This document shows positions 15,470-23,788 of a DNA stretch of 36,395 bases, piece by piece; within the stretch, counting starts at the first letter, position 1; each line of letters begins with the position of its first letter. A model generated the notes under the pieces. The model worked only from the letters and a program-made list of their open reading frames with translations, searched no databases and was not told where the DNA came from. Both the position numbers and the translations under genes were made by a program. Source of the DNA: an uncultured Acidobacteriota bacterium (GTDB taxonomy: Bacteria > Acidobacteriota > Polarisedimenticolia > Polarisedimenticolales > JAIQFR01); contig CAZPWK010000002.1 of NCBI GenBank assembly GCA_964590285.1, positions 1-36,395 of the forward strand, read 5' to 3'.

Positions 15470-16147
15470 ATGCACGTTCGAGCAGGAGCCCCTTGGATCC
15501 GCACGCTCGCCACCGCCGCGGCCGCGGTCCTCGCGCTCGCGGCCCGCGCCGAGGCGCGGCTCGACCTGGCCGAGGGGAGCGGCCACGCGCTCGTCGCCGG
15601 AGCGCTCGAGAGGGACGGGGTTCGCGTGGAGTTCGAGAGCCGGGAGACCGCGACCGGGGCGGAGGCCCGGATCCGCGCCGGAACGGGGGAAGCGATGACC
15701 GAGGTCGTCGTGGACGAGGTCCTCGGAACCCTCGTCTACCGGGTGGACGGCGTCGAGATCACGCCGCGGGGCGAGGGGCCGGACCGCGCGGGCCGCCGCC
15801 GGGCGTTCGACCGACCCGAAGCCGGCCTCGCCGCGACGGAGCTCTGGAGATGCCTCGTCGAACGGGGATTCGACCCCTCCACGAAGGCGATGGCCGCCCT
15901 CGCCGCGAATCTCGTCGGATACGAGGGGATCGCCGGGTCGCCCCTCGCCGGCGGCGATCTGTCCTGCCTCGGCTGCTGCGGCCCCGGCTGCGTCGGCTGC
16001 ACCGGCTGCTACACGCAGGCGTGCCTCGCCCACGATCTCTGCGTCGCGGCGTACGGGCTCCTCGACTCCCGGTGCAACGCGATCGTGTACTTCGCCGCGC
16101 TGTCCGCCTGGTGCTGTCGCGGCGTCGACCTGGGAAACCTATGCTAG
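15470..16147 (+). CDS. secreted protein (225 aa) with a C-terminal Cys-rich module carrying a PLA2-like C-x-x-H-D-x-C core
   Basis: ATG 15470 is preceded by GAAGGAGG. Signal peptide MHVRAGAPWIRTLATAAAAVLALAARAEA. Eleven Cys lie in the last ~75 aa: SCLGCCGPGCVGCTGCYTQACLAHDLCVAAYGLLDSRCNAIVYFAALSAWCCRGVDLGNLC. Confidence 0.7.
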   Translation: MHVRAGAPWIRTLATAAAAVLALAARAEARLDLAEGSGHALVAGALERDGVRVEFESRETATGAEARIRAGTGEAMTEVVVDEVLGTLVYRVDGVEITPRGEGPDRAGRRRAFDRPEAGLAATELWRCLVERGFDPSTKAMAALAANLVGYEGIAGSPLAGGDLSCLGCCGPGCVGCTGCYTQACLAHDLCVAAYGLLDSRCNAIVYFAALSAWCCRGVDLGNLC

Positions 16148-16215
16148 CGGCGGGCGACGGCCCCGCCGCCCGCCGGGGACGAATCGGTTCGGAGCCCCCC
16201 CGGGAGGGATGCGCC

Positions 16216-16581
16216 GTGCGTCGCGATCGCACTTCCGCCCCGCCGCCCGGCGTGCCGTTCGCCGCCGCGGGATCCGTCGGGCTCGCCCACTGGGTTCTCT
16301 TCTTCGGCGACGGCTTGCCGTTCTGGGCTGCCGTCGCCGCCTCCGCCGCTCTGGCGTCGGTCACCGGGTTCGTCGCCGGCTCTCTTCGCCCTCGGGGCTC
16401 GTGGGGCCTCGCGGCCGCCGGCTGCTGGGGCGCGCCGGCCTGGGGACTCGTCCGGGCGGCGATGGGCTCTCCGACCGACTCGGCGCTCCTCCTGATTCCG
16501 CTCGCCGCCGCGCTCGCCGCGTCCCGTCTGGGCGCGCGACGCCCGCGGTCCCGCATCGACGGGGCCGGGCCCTACTCCTGA
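16216..16581 (+). CDS. small hypothetical membrane protein (121 aa from GTG 16216; alternative ATG 16141 gives 146 aa)
   Basis: High GC3 in this frame. There are three to four hydrophobic segments (VGLAHWVLFF, FWAAVAASAALASVTGFVAG, WGLAAAGCWGAPAWGLV, ALLLIPLAAALAA). GGGAGGGA lies 7 nt upstream of GTG 16216. ATG 16141 would overlap the preceding stop by 7 nt. No family recognised. Confidence 0.4.
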   Translation: MRRDRTSAPPPGVPFAAAGSVGLAHWVLFFGDGLPFWAAVAASAALASVTGFVAGSLRPRGSWGLAAAGCWGAPAWGLVRAAMGSPTDSALLLIPLAAALAASRLGARRPRSRIDGAGPYS

Positions 16582-16602
16582 CCGGGCTCCGCCCCGGCCC
16601 GA

Positions 16603-17091
16603 TCAGAGATCGAACGACCCCGAGCCCCTCGCCATCAGCGTGCCGACGTCCGAGAAGGCCTCGACGGTCCAGGAGTAGGAAAGACCCTTCGCCAGGCGAT
16701 CGAGCTCCTCGGGCGTCAGCGTCAGCAGCGGCTGGGACGGCGCCCTCTGGATCAGCGTGCTCGGGCTTCCCTTGACCGTCAGGGAGAAGGAGTAGTACTT
16801 GGTCCCCGAGACGGTCTCCCACCGGAACTTCGTCGGGGTGTTCGAGAGCTTGCCGGAGCGCGGCTCGATCAGGTCGATGGACACGACGGCCGGCGCGGTG
16901 GGCTTGATCTGCTGCTTCTCCCGGGTCGCGAGGAACGCGATGACGATCGCCGCGATGACGAAGAGAACGATCAGGGCGACGAGCTGCGTCTTGTTCGTCC
17001 GCCACGTCGGGGCCTCGAGCTGCTCGATGTCCCTCTCGAACTGGTCCTCGGGGCTGTCCGGCTGCATTCCCGCGTTCTTGTCCTCGGACAT
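16603..17091 (-). CDS. hypothetical single-pass membrane protein with a small extracytoplasmic beta-rich domain (162 aa)
   Basis: ATG 17091 is preceded by GGAAGGAGGCGCGC. It has an acidic cytoplasmic N-terminus, a TM helix LVALIVLFVIAAIVIAFLA, then FRWETVSGTKYYSFSLTV...YSWTVEAF. Confidence 0.65.
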   Translation of the reverse strand: MSEDKNAGMQPDSPEDQFERDIEQLEAPTWRTNKTQLVALIVLFVIAAIVIAFLATREKQQIKPTAPAVVSIDLIEPRSGKLSNTPTKFRWETVSGTKYYSFSLTVKGSPSTLIQRAPSQPLLTLTPEELDRLAKGLSYSWTVEAFSDVGTLMARGSGSFDL

Positions 17092-17242
17092 GCGCGCCTC
17101 CTTCCCGCACCTGGATTCCCGCTCCGGACCGGCTTCCCCGGGCAGGGAGGCGGGGCCGCCTCTATCCTCCCCCTTTGCGAGCGCGCGCACAAGACCCGAA
17201 GGGGGTAGGATTCCGCGGTCGCCCCGATTCCCGGAGGCTCCC

Positions 17243-18922
17243 ATGACCCGGAAGCGCGCGCTCGCACTCCTCGCCTGGCTCCCCGCCGCCCTCGCCGTCG
17301 CGGGCGACCGCCCGGAAGGCAGGCCGTTCGCCACCCGATCGGTCGTCTACGCGCGCCACGGAATGGTCGCGGCCGCCCACCCTCTCGCGGTCCAGATCGG
17401 GATCGACGTCCTGAGGAAGGGAGGATCCGCCGTCGACGCCGCGATCGCCGCCAACGCGGCGCTCGGCTTCCTCGAGCCGGTCTCCTGCGGCATCGGGGGC
17501 GACCTCTTCGCCCTGGTCTGGGACGCGAAGTCCGGCCGACTGTACGGGCTCAACGCCTCGGGCCGCGCGCCGGCCGCGCTGAGGGCGGCCGACGTGCCGG
17601 CGGGTCCCGACGGCACGGTCCCGCTCCACTCGCCGTACGCGTGGACGGTGCCCGGAGCGGTCGACGGATGGTTCGAGCTCCACGCGCGATTCGGCCGACT
17701 CCCGATGGGCCAGATCCTGGCCCCCGCGATCCTGGCGGCGCGGGAGGGCGAGCCGGTGCCGCAGACGATCGCGGCGGCGTGGGAGCGGGGCGGCAGGGCG
17801 TTCCGGGACAAGCCCGGCTTCGCGCCGGTGTTCCTGCCGGGGGGGCGGTCCCCCGCGGAGGGAGAGGTGTTCCGCAATCCGGCGCTCGCCCGGGCCTACG
17901 AGGCGATCGCCGCGGAAGGCCGGGCGGCCTTCTACGAGGGCCCGATCGCGGACTCGATCCTCGACCTGTCCCGGCGCGCCGGCGGGTTCTTCGCCCGCGA
18001 GGACCTGTCGTCGCACCGCTCCGAGTGGGTCGACCCGATCGCCACGACGTATCGCGGGGTCGAGGTCTTCGAGCTCCCGCCGAACACGCAGGGTCTCGCC
18101 GCGCTCCAGATGCTGAACCTCCTGGAGACGCTCGACCTGAGGGCCATGGGGAGGGATTCCGCCCGGTTCTGGCACGCGATGGTCGAGGCCAAGAAGCTGG
18201 CGTTCGAGGACCGGGCGCGATGGTACGCCGACCCGTCCTTCGCCCGCGTGCCGGTCCGCGAGCTGCTCTCGAAGGACTACGCGAGGACGAGGGCCTCCCT
18301 CCTGAACCCGGCGCGGGCCGCATCCCGTGTGGATGCCGGGATCCCGGCCCTCTCGGAGGGGGACACCACGTATCTCGCGACCGCCGACTCGGAAGGGAAC
18401 ATGGTGTCGCTGATCCAGAGCAACTACACGGGCTTCGGGTCGGGCTACACGGTCGAGGAATGGGGGTTCGGGCTGCAGAACCGGGGGGCCCTGTTCGGCC
18501 TGAAGGAGGGAGCCCCGAACGCGCTGGCGCCCGGCAAGCGCCCCTTCCACACGATCATCCCCGCGTTCGCGACCCGGGACGGGAAGCCGTGGCTCGCCTT
18601 CGGCGTCATGGGAGGCGACATGCAGCCGCAGGGGCACGCGCAGGTGCTGGTCAACCTGATCGACTTCGGGATGAACCTCCAGGAAGCCGGCGACGCCCCG
18701 CGCTTCTACCACACCGGCTCCAGCGAGCCGACCGGCACGCTGATGACCACCGGCGGAACGCTCCACCTGGAGAGCGGGATCCCGCCCGAGGTGCGACGGG
18801 AGCTCACGCGCCTCGGACACCGGATCGTGGAGACGACGCCGGCCGCCTTCGGCGGCTACCAGGCGATCTCCCGGGATCCCGCGACCGAGTCCCGGAAGGA
18901 CGGTTCGGCCGCGGGCTACTGA
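17243..18922 (+). CDS. ggt: gamma-glutamyltransferase (559 aa)
   Basis: Signal peptide MTRKRALALLAWLPAALAVAG. HGMVAAAHPLAVQIGIDVLRKGGSAVDAAIAANAALGF. Autoprocessing/catalytic Thr region SEGDTTYLATADSEGNMVSLIQS. GFGSG and FGVMGGDMQPQGH. Confidence 0.93.
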   Translation: MTRKRALALLAWLPAALAVAGDRPEGRPFATRSVVYARHGMVAAAHPLAVQIGIDVLRKGGSAVDAAIAANAALGFLEPVSCGIGGDLFALVWDAKSGRLYGLNASGRAPAALRAADVPAGPDGTVPLHSPYAWTVPGAVDGWFELHARFGRLPMGQILAPAILAAREGEPVPQTIAAAWERGGRAFRDKPGFAPVFLPGGRSPAEGEVFRNPALARAYEAIAAEGRAAFYEGPIADSILDLSRRAGGFFAREDLSSHRSEWVDPIATTYRGVEVFELPPNTQGLAALQMLNLLETLDLRAMGRDSARFWHAMVEAKKLAFEDRARWYADPSFARVPVRELLSKDYARTRASLLNPARAASRVDAGIPALSEGDTTYLATADSEGNMVSLIQSNYTGFGSGYTVEEWGFGLQNRGALFGLKEGAPNALAPGKRPFHTIIPAFATRDGKPWLAFGVMGGDMQPQGHAQVLVNLIDFGMNLQEAGDAPRFYHTGSSEPTGTLMTTGGTLHLESGIPPEVRRELTRLGHRIVETTPAAFGGYQAISRDPATESRKDGSAAGY

Positions 18923-20307
18923 GGCGAGCTCCTCTCGAGCCAGCGGTTGTAGAGCCACATGCTCGCCGCGGAGGCGAACCCGATCGCCATCAGGATCAGC
19001 CAGCCGGCCGCCGCCGCCTCGGGCCTCGGCTCGATCAGGCCGTCGGGCCGGGTGGTGGCGCCCGCGCACATCACCTCGTTGAAGATCGCGGCCCCGACGG
19101 GGCCGCCGACGAGGGATCCGATGGCCATCGGCAGGTTCGCGTAGCCGAGGAAGAGCCCCTCCTGCCCCTTCGGCGCGAGCGCGCCGATCCACTCGTAGGT
19201 TCTCGGGCTCGTGAAGAGCTCGCCGAACGCGATGAGCGACACGGTCAGCACGATGAACAGGGAGCCGAGCGGCACCCAGGGAAGCGCATCGGCGCGCACG
19301 CCCGCCCCGAAGAGCGGCACGAGGTTGATGACCATCGACAGGCCGATGATCACGGTTCCCACGACGATCGACCGGATCGGCCGCATCTTCCCGAAGTGCT
19401 TCGTGATCACCAGCTGGAAGCAGACGATCATCAACGGGTTGAACGCCGTGAAGATCTCCATCGGCGGGTCCTTCTGGACCACCTTGCTGACGTACAGCGG
19501 GAGCACGTTGTAGACCTGGTTGTAGAGGAACCAGAACCCCGAGGACACGAGCAGGAAGAGCGAGAACCGCACGTTGCCGAGCACGAGGACCATGTCCGCC
19601 AGGATCCGGCCCACGGACCTCTTCGGCTTGGGGGGCGCGGCCGGATCCGCGACGGTCTCGTCCCGGAACAGGAACAGGACGACGAAGAACGCGGCGATCG
19701 AGAAGAAGGTCGCCACCGCGAAGACGGCCGAGAGGTTCATCCCGGGAACGTGGCGGAAGAAGAACGCGACGAGCCGGCCGACCAGCGACCCGATGTTGAT
19801 CACCATGTAGAAGATCGCGAACGCGAGCGTGGCGCGACCGAGGTGGGTCTTCTGGACCGTCCCGCTGATGCACGGCTTGATGACCGATCCGCCGAGCCCG
19901 ATCAGGAGGATCCCGATCACGACCGGCACGACGACGCCGGAGCCGGCGGTGAACTCCTTCCCCGCCACCTCGGCGAGCGCCGCCCCGCCGAACCACACCG
20001 GGTAGCCGACCAGGAAGTAGCCCGCGGCCAGGAGCACGAAGGCGACGAGGAGCGAGATCCGGAATCCCACCTGGTCGGCGATCGTCCCGGAGAGGACCGG
20101 GAGGAAGTAGACGAGCGCCCACAGGTAGCTGTTCAGGTTGCTCGGCCAGTACTCGCCGAGCCCGAGCTGCCCGAGGTAGATGACCACGAAGCTGGCCATC
20201 GAGTAGTAGGCCGCCCTCTCGAACAGCTCCGTGACGTTGGCGGTCCAGAACGTCCGCGGGAACGGCGGGGCGCCGTCCGCCGCGACCTCCTTTGCGGGGG
20301 CGCTCAT
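18916..20307 (-). CDS. proton-dependent oligopeptide transporter (POT/PTR2, MFS) family permease, 463 aa
   Basis: The N-terminal POT motif reads TELFERAAYYSMASFVVIYL...FLPVLSGTIADQVGFR, followed by about 12-14 TM segments. ATG 20307 overlaps the upstream gene stop (ATGA). The 3' end overlaps ggt convergently by 7 nt. Confidence 0.9.
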   Translation of the reverse strand: MSAPAKEVAADGAPPFPRTFWTANVTELFERAAYYSMASFVVIYLGQLGLGEYWPSNLNSYLWALVYFLPVLSGTIADQVGFRISLLVAFVLLAAGYFLVGYPVWFGGAALAEVAGKEFTAGSGVVVPVVIGILLIGLGGSVIKPCISGTVQKTHLGRATLAFAIFYMVINIGSLVGRLVAFFFRHVPGMNLSAVFAVATFFSIAAFFVVLFLFRDETVADPAAPPKPKRSVGRILADMVLVLGNVRFSLFLLVSSGFWFLYNQVYNVLPLYVSKVVQKDPPMEIFTAFNPLMIVCFQLVITKHFGKMRPIRSIVVGTVIIGLSMVINLVPLFGAGVRADALPWVPLGSLFIVLTVSLIAFGELFTSPRTYEWIGALAPKGQEGLFLGYANLPMAIGSLVGGPVGAAIFNEVMCAGATTRPDGLIEPRPEAAAAGWLILMAIGFASAASMWLYNRWLERSSPQ

Positions 20308-21032
20308 CGGAAGATCGCCTCGAGCTTCCGGTACCGTTCGTGGACCGTTTCGACGGCCGCGGCGACGGCCTCCGGGTCGCGCCCGCGCGCGGCCTCGCGG
20401 AGCCCCTCGGTTTCGCGGCACAGGATCCCGATCTCGCGGCGGATCTGCTCCTCCTCCGCGGCGAACCGCTTGGGCACCGCGGCCGCGGCGAGCGCGCGGC
20501 ACTTCTCGGCCATCGCGTCGGCGGCGGCGGGCATCCGATCGAGGTCCTTTCCGGGAAGGATTCTGTGGTAGACGACGTACAGCTCGACGTGGTACGCGTC
20601 GAGCTCCCTCATGGCCGGCCGGACGACGCGCACGAGCCGCTCGAAATCGGCGTGCAGCGCCTCGACCGCGTCCAGCATCCCCGTCTCGTCGCGCGCCGCG
20701 ACCGCCTTCTCGTAGAGATCGAGGGAGGCCGAGAGCGCCGAGACGCCCGCGTCCCATTCCTTCTTCCTGTCCCGGAGGATGCCGGGAAGCTCCGCCGACC
20801 GGACCGCCGCCACCCGCTCCCTCACGCCCGGGAGCAGGTCCGCGACGAGCTCGAAGTTCCGGCTCGGCCAGGCGTCGTGCCAGAGCGGATAGACGACCTC
20901 GTGGAGCGAGGTCAGCGCGGGGACCTCGGCCCGGGTCTCGTCGGGCGCCGCGGGCTCCGCGGCGAGGACCGCCGCGGTGGCGGCGAGGGCGACCAGAGCG
21001 GCGAGCGGGACGCGCGAACGAAGACTCGTCAT
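20304..21032 (-). CDS. secreted all-helical hypothetical protein (242 aa) made of two homologous ~97-aa repeats with conserved histidines
   Basis: ATG 21032 is preceded by GGGGGAGCCG. Signal peptide MTSLRSRVPLAALVALAATAAVLAA. Repeat 1 is LHEVVYPLWH...RDETGMLDAVEALHADFERL and repeat 2 is YHVELYVVYH...RDPEAVAAAVETVHERYRKL. Confidence 0.7.
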   Translation of the reverse strand: MTSLRSRVPLAALVALAATAAVLAAEPAAPDETRAEVPALTSLHEVVYPLWHDAWPSRNFELVADLLPGVRERVAAVRSAELPGILRDRKKEWDAGVSALSASLDLYEKAVAARDETGMLDAVEALHADFERLVRVVRPAMRELDAYHVELYVVYHRILPGKDLDRMPAAADAMAEKCRALAAAAVPKRFAAEEEQIRREIGILCRETEGLREAARGRDPEAVAAAVETVHERYRKLEAIFR

Positions 21033-21099
21033 CGGCTCCCCCTGGAGATGAACGGCGGGAACCTTAGCACAGGGGCGAGTCCGGAGCGCCGTCCGCCCC

Positions 21100-21669
21100 T
21101 CAATTCTCGAGCCGGACGACCCCGCAGGCGATCCGCGCCCCCGCGTTCCCCGTCGGCTGGGTCACGAAGTCGTCGGCCGCCTCGTGCACGACGACGGCCC
21201 GGTTCAGCACGCCGGTCGTCGGATCCCCGCCGATCGTCCAGAGGTCGGTCGTCAGCGTCAGAGAGCCTTTCCCGTCCGCGCCGATCTCGACGTTCCCGAG
21301 GTCCCCGCGGTGGAACGGGGGATGGCCCCACCTCCCGTGGGCCTCTCCCGTCGGGTTCCAGTGCGGCCCCGCCGACAGCGCGTCGGGCGAGCTGCAATCG
21401 CCGCGCTCGTGGAGATGGACGCCGTGCGGCCCCGGCGGAGCGCCCTCGACGACGAGGTGAAACGTGACCCGGAGCCCGTTCTTGACGAACGTCGCCTCGC
21501 CCTTCATGGCGCTCCCGCTCCGTCCCTCGAGGACCGCCACGGCCCGCGACCCGGAGTCGGCCTTCTTCGCGGACCCGAACCGGACCGGCTCGGGCCGCTT
21601 GCCCCCCGCCGCCGCCGCCGCCACCCACAGCGCGATCGCCGCCACCGCCAGCCACCGAACGCCTCTCAC
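21100..21669 (-). CDS. sodC: periplasmic Cu/Zn superoxide dismutase (189 aa)
   Basis: GTG 21669 is preceded by GGAGGGAAGCG and overlaps the hutU stop (GTGA). Signal VRGVRWLAVAAIALWVAAAAAG. Metal ligands and signature: HGVHLHERGDC, GPHWNP, HGRWGHPPFHRGDLGN, VVVHEAADD, GNAGARIACGVV. Confidence 0.92.
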   Translation of the reverse strand: MRGVRWLAVAAIALWVAAAAAGGKRPEPVRFGSAKKADSGSRAVAVLEGRSGSAMKGEATFVKNGLRVTFHLVVEGAPPGPHGVHLHERGDCSSPDALSAGPHWNPTGEAHGRWGHPPFHRGDLGNVEIGADGKGSLTLTTDLWTIGGDPTTGVLNRAVVVHEAADDFVTQPTGNAGARIACGVVRLEN

Positions 21670-23729
21670 CGCTTCCCTCCCTCGTCTCCGCGCGACGCGC
21701 CGGACACCGCGTCCCGCACGACCGCGTCGGCGGCGTGATGCGGCATCGTGACGCGAAGCCTGGGCTCCGCAGCCGACGCGCGCGCCGCCGCGCGCTCCGC
21801 GCCCGCGCAACGCGCCCACGCCCTTCGGGCGATCCCGTTGTGGACGTCCCAGGGGATCATGGACCGGATGCGCCGGTCGGAACCTTCCGTTCCGTCGATG
21901 ACCATGCCGAAGCCGCCGTTGACCGCCTGGCCCCAGCCGACGCCTCCGCCGTTGTGGAGGCTCACCCACGTGGCGCCGCGGAACGAGTCGCCGATCGCGT
22001 TGTGGACCGCCATGTCGGCGCAGGAGTCGCTCCCGTCGCGGACGTTCGCGGTCTCCCGGTACGGCGAGTCCGTGCCCGCCACGTCGTGGTGGTCGCGCCC
22101 GAGAACGATCGGACCCGCGATCCTGCCCGATCGGATCGCGTCGTTGAACGCCAGGGCGATCGCCCTCCGGCCGTCCGCGTCGGCGTACAGGATCCGCGCG
22201 AGGGAGCCGACGACGAGCCGATGCTCGTCGGCCCGCCGGATCCAGCGCAGGTTGTCGACGAGCTGGCGGCGGATCTCCGCGGGCGCCTCGTCGGCCGCCG
22301 CCTGCAGCACGTCGCCCGCGATCCGGTCGGTCTCCCGGAGGTCCTCCGGCCGGCCCGACAGGCAGACCCAACGGAACGGCCCGAACCCGTAGTCGAAGCA
22401 CATCGGCCCCATGATGTCCTCGACGTAGGAGGGGTACCGGAAGCCGCCCTCCGGCTTCACGACGTCCGCGCCCGCCTTCCGCGCCATGTAGAGGAACGCG
22501 TTGCCGTAGTCCCAGAATCGCGTCCCGCGGCCCGCCATGGCGTTGATCGCCGCGACCTGCCTCCTCAGCGACGCGTGCACCTTCTCCCGGAACCCCTCGG
22601 GGTCCCTCCGCATCGCCTCGTTCGCCCGCTCGAGAGACATCCCCGCGGGGTAGTAGCCTCCCGCGTACGGGTTGTGGAGCGACGTCTGGTCCGATCCGAG
22701 ATCGACCGGAACCCCCGCGGCGACGAGCCGCTCCCAGAGGTCGACGACGTTTCCGAGGTAGCCGAGCGACAGCGGCTCCTTCGCCTTCCGCGCCCTCTCG
22801 ATCCTGGCGAGCAGCGCGTCCAGGTCGGTCTCGTACTCCTGGAGCCACCCCTGGGCGTGCCGCTTGCCGAGGGCCCTCGGGTCGATCTCGGCGACGACCC
22901 CGACCGCCCCCGCGATCACCGCCGCCTTGGCCTGGGCCCCGCTCATCCCCCCGAGCCCCGAGGTGACGAACACCCGGCCTTCCAGGCCGCCCTCGTCGGG
23001 CAGCCCCAGATACAGGCGCCCCGCGTTCAGGAGCGTGATCGTCGTGCCGTGCACGATCCCCTGCGGCCCGATGTACATGAAGCTGCCCGCCGTCATCTGT
23101 CCGTAGGACGTGACCCCCAGGGCGGCGAGCCGCTCGTAGTCCTCGGCGGTCGAGCGGCTCGGGATCACCATCCCGCACGTCAGGACGACGCGGGGGGCGT
23201 CGGGAGCGGACGGGAAGAGCCCGAGCGGGTGCCCCGAGTAGAGGACCAGCGTCTGCTCGTCGGTCATCTCCGAGAGGTACTTCATCGTCAGGCGATACTG
23301 CGCCCAGTTCTGGAACGCGGTGCCGTTTCCCCCGTACGTGACCAGCTCGTGGGGGTGCTGGGCGACGGCCGGGTCCAGGTTGTTCTGAATCATCAGCATG
23401 ATCGCGGCGGCCTGGCGGCTCCTCGCCGGGTACTCCCCGACCGGCCTCGCGCGCATCGCGTAGCCGCCGGGACGGTACCGGCGCATGTAGATGCGGCCGT
23501 CGCTCTCGAGCTCGCGCGCGAACTCGGGCGCGAGCGCGGGGTGGAGCTTCGGCGGGAAGTAGCGCAGCGCGTTCCGCACCGCGAGATCCTTCTCCTCGCG
23601 GCTCAGGACCTGCCGGCGCGCCGGCGCGTGGCTGACCTCCGGGTCGTCCGGGGGCATGTCGGGGAGCGCGTCGGGAATCCCTTCCGCGACGAGCGTTCGG
23701 AAGTCCGGTTCGGGCGCGGCGCTCTTCAT
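21666..23729 (-). CDS. hutU: urocanate hydratase, long form (687 aa)
   Basis: ATG 23729 is preceded by GGGAGGAGACCCAGG. MLMIQNNLDPAVAQHPHELVTYGGNGTAFQNWAQY, LVLYSGHPLGLFPS, VTSGLGGMSGAQAKAA and YVELTxxx-type urocanase blocks occur throughout. It has an N-terminal extension of about 70 aa relative to the ~557-aa proteobacterial enzymes I remember. Confidence 0.93.
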   Translation of the reverse strand: MKSAAPEPDFRTLVAEGIPDALPDMPPDDPEVSHAPARRQVLSREEKDLAVRNALRYFPPKLHPALAPEFARELESDGRIYMRRYRPGGYAMRARPVGEYPARSRQAAAIMLMIQNNLDPAVAQHPHELVTYGGNGTAFQNWAQYRLTMKYLSEMTDEQTLVLYSGHPLGLFPSAPDAPRVVLTCGMVIPSRSTAEDYERLAALGVTSYGQMTAGSFMYIGPQGIVHGTTITLLNAGRLYLGLPDEGGLEGRVFVTSGLGGMSGAQAKAAVIAGAVGVVAEIDPRALGKRHAQGWLQEYETDLDALLARIERARKAKEPLSLGYLGNVVDLWERLVAAGVPVDLGSDQTSLHNPYAGGYYPAGMSLERANEAMRRDPEGFREKVHASLRRQVAAINAMAGRGTRFWDYGNAFLYMARKAGADVVKPEGGFRYPSYVEDIMGPMCFDYGFGPFRWVCLSGRPEDLRETDRIAGDVLQAAADEAPAEIRRQLVDNLRWIRRADEHRLVVGSLARILYADADGRRAIALAFNDAIRSGRIAGPIVLGRDHHDVAGTDSPYRETANVRDGSDSCADMAVHNAIGDSFRGATWVSLHNGGGVGWGQAVNGGFGMVIDGTEGSDRRIRSMIPWDVHNGIARRAWARCAGAERAAARASAAEPRLRVTMPHHAADAVVRDAVSGASRGDEGGKR

Positions 23730-23788
23730 CCTGGGTCTCCTCCCGGCCGGATCATCTTAACGCCCGCGCCGCGGAGGAGCCATGCCGC

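Noticed and set aside
16209-16775. 188-aa ORF starting at ATG 16209
   Set aside because: The translation is Arg-rich (RRASRSHFRPAARRAVRRRG...). The alternative frame (16216/16141-16581) gives hydrophobic helices and better GC3, although it too is only tentative.
17162-20571. 986-aa (minus) and 976-aa (plus) ORFs overlapping the ggt and POT genes
   Set aside because: These are shadow frames with R/G/P/D/E low complexity. ggt and the POT permease carry clear family motifs in the other frames.
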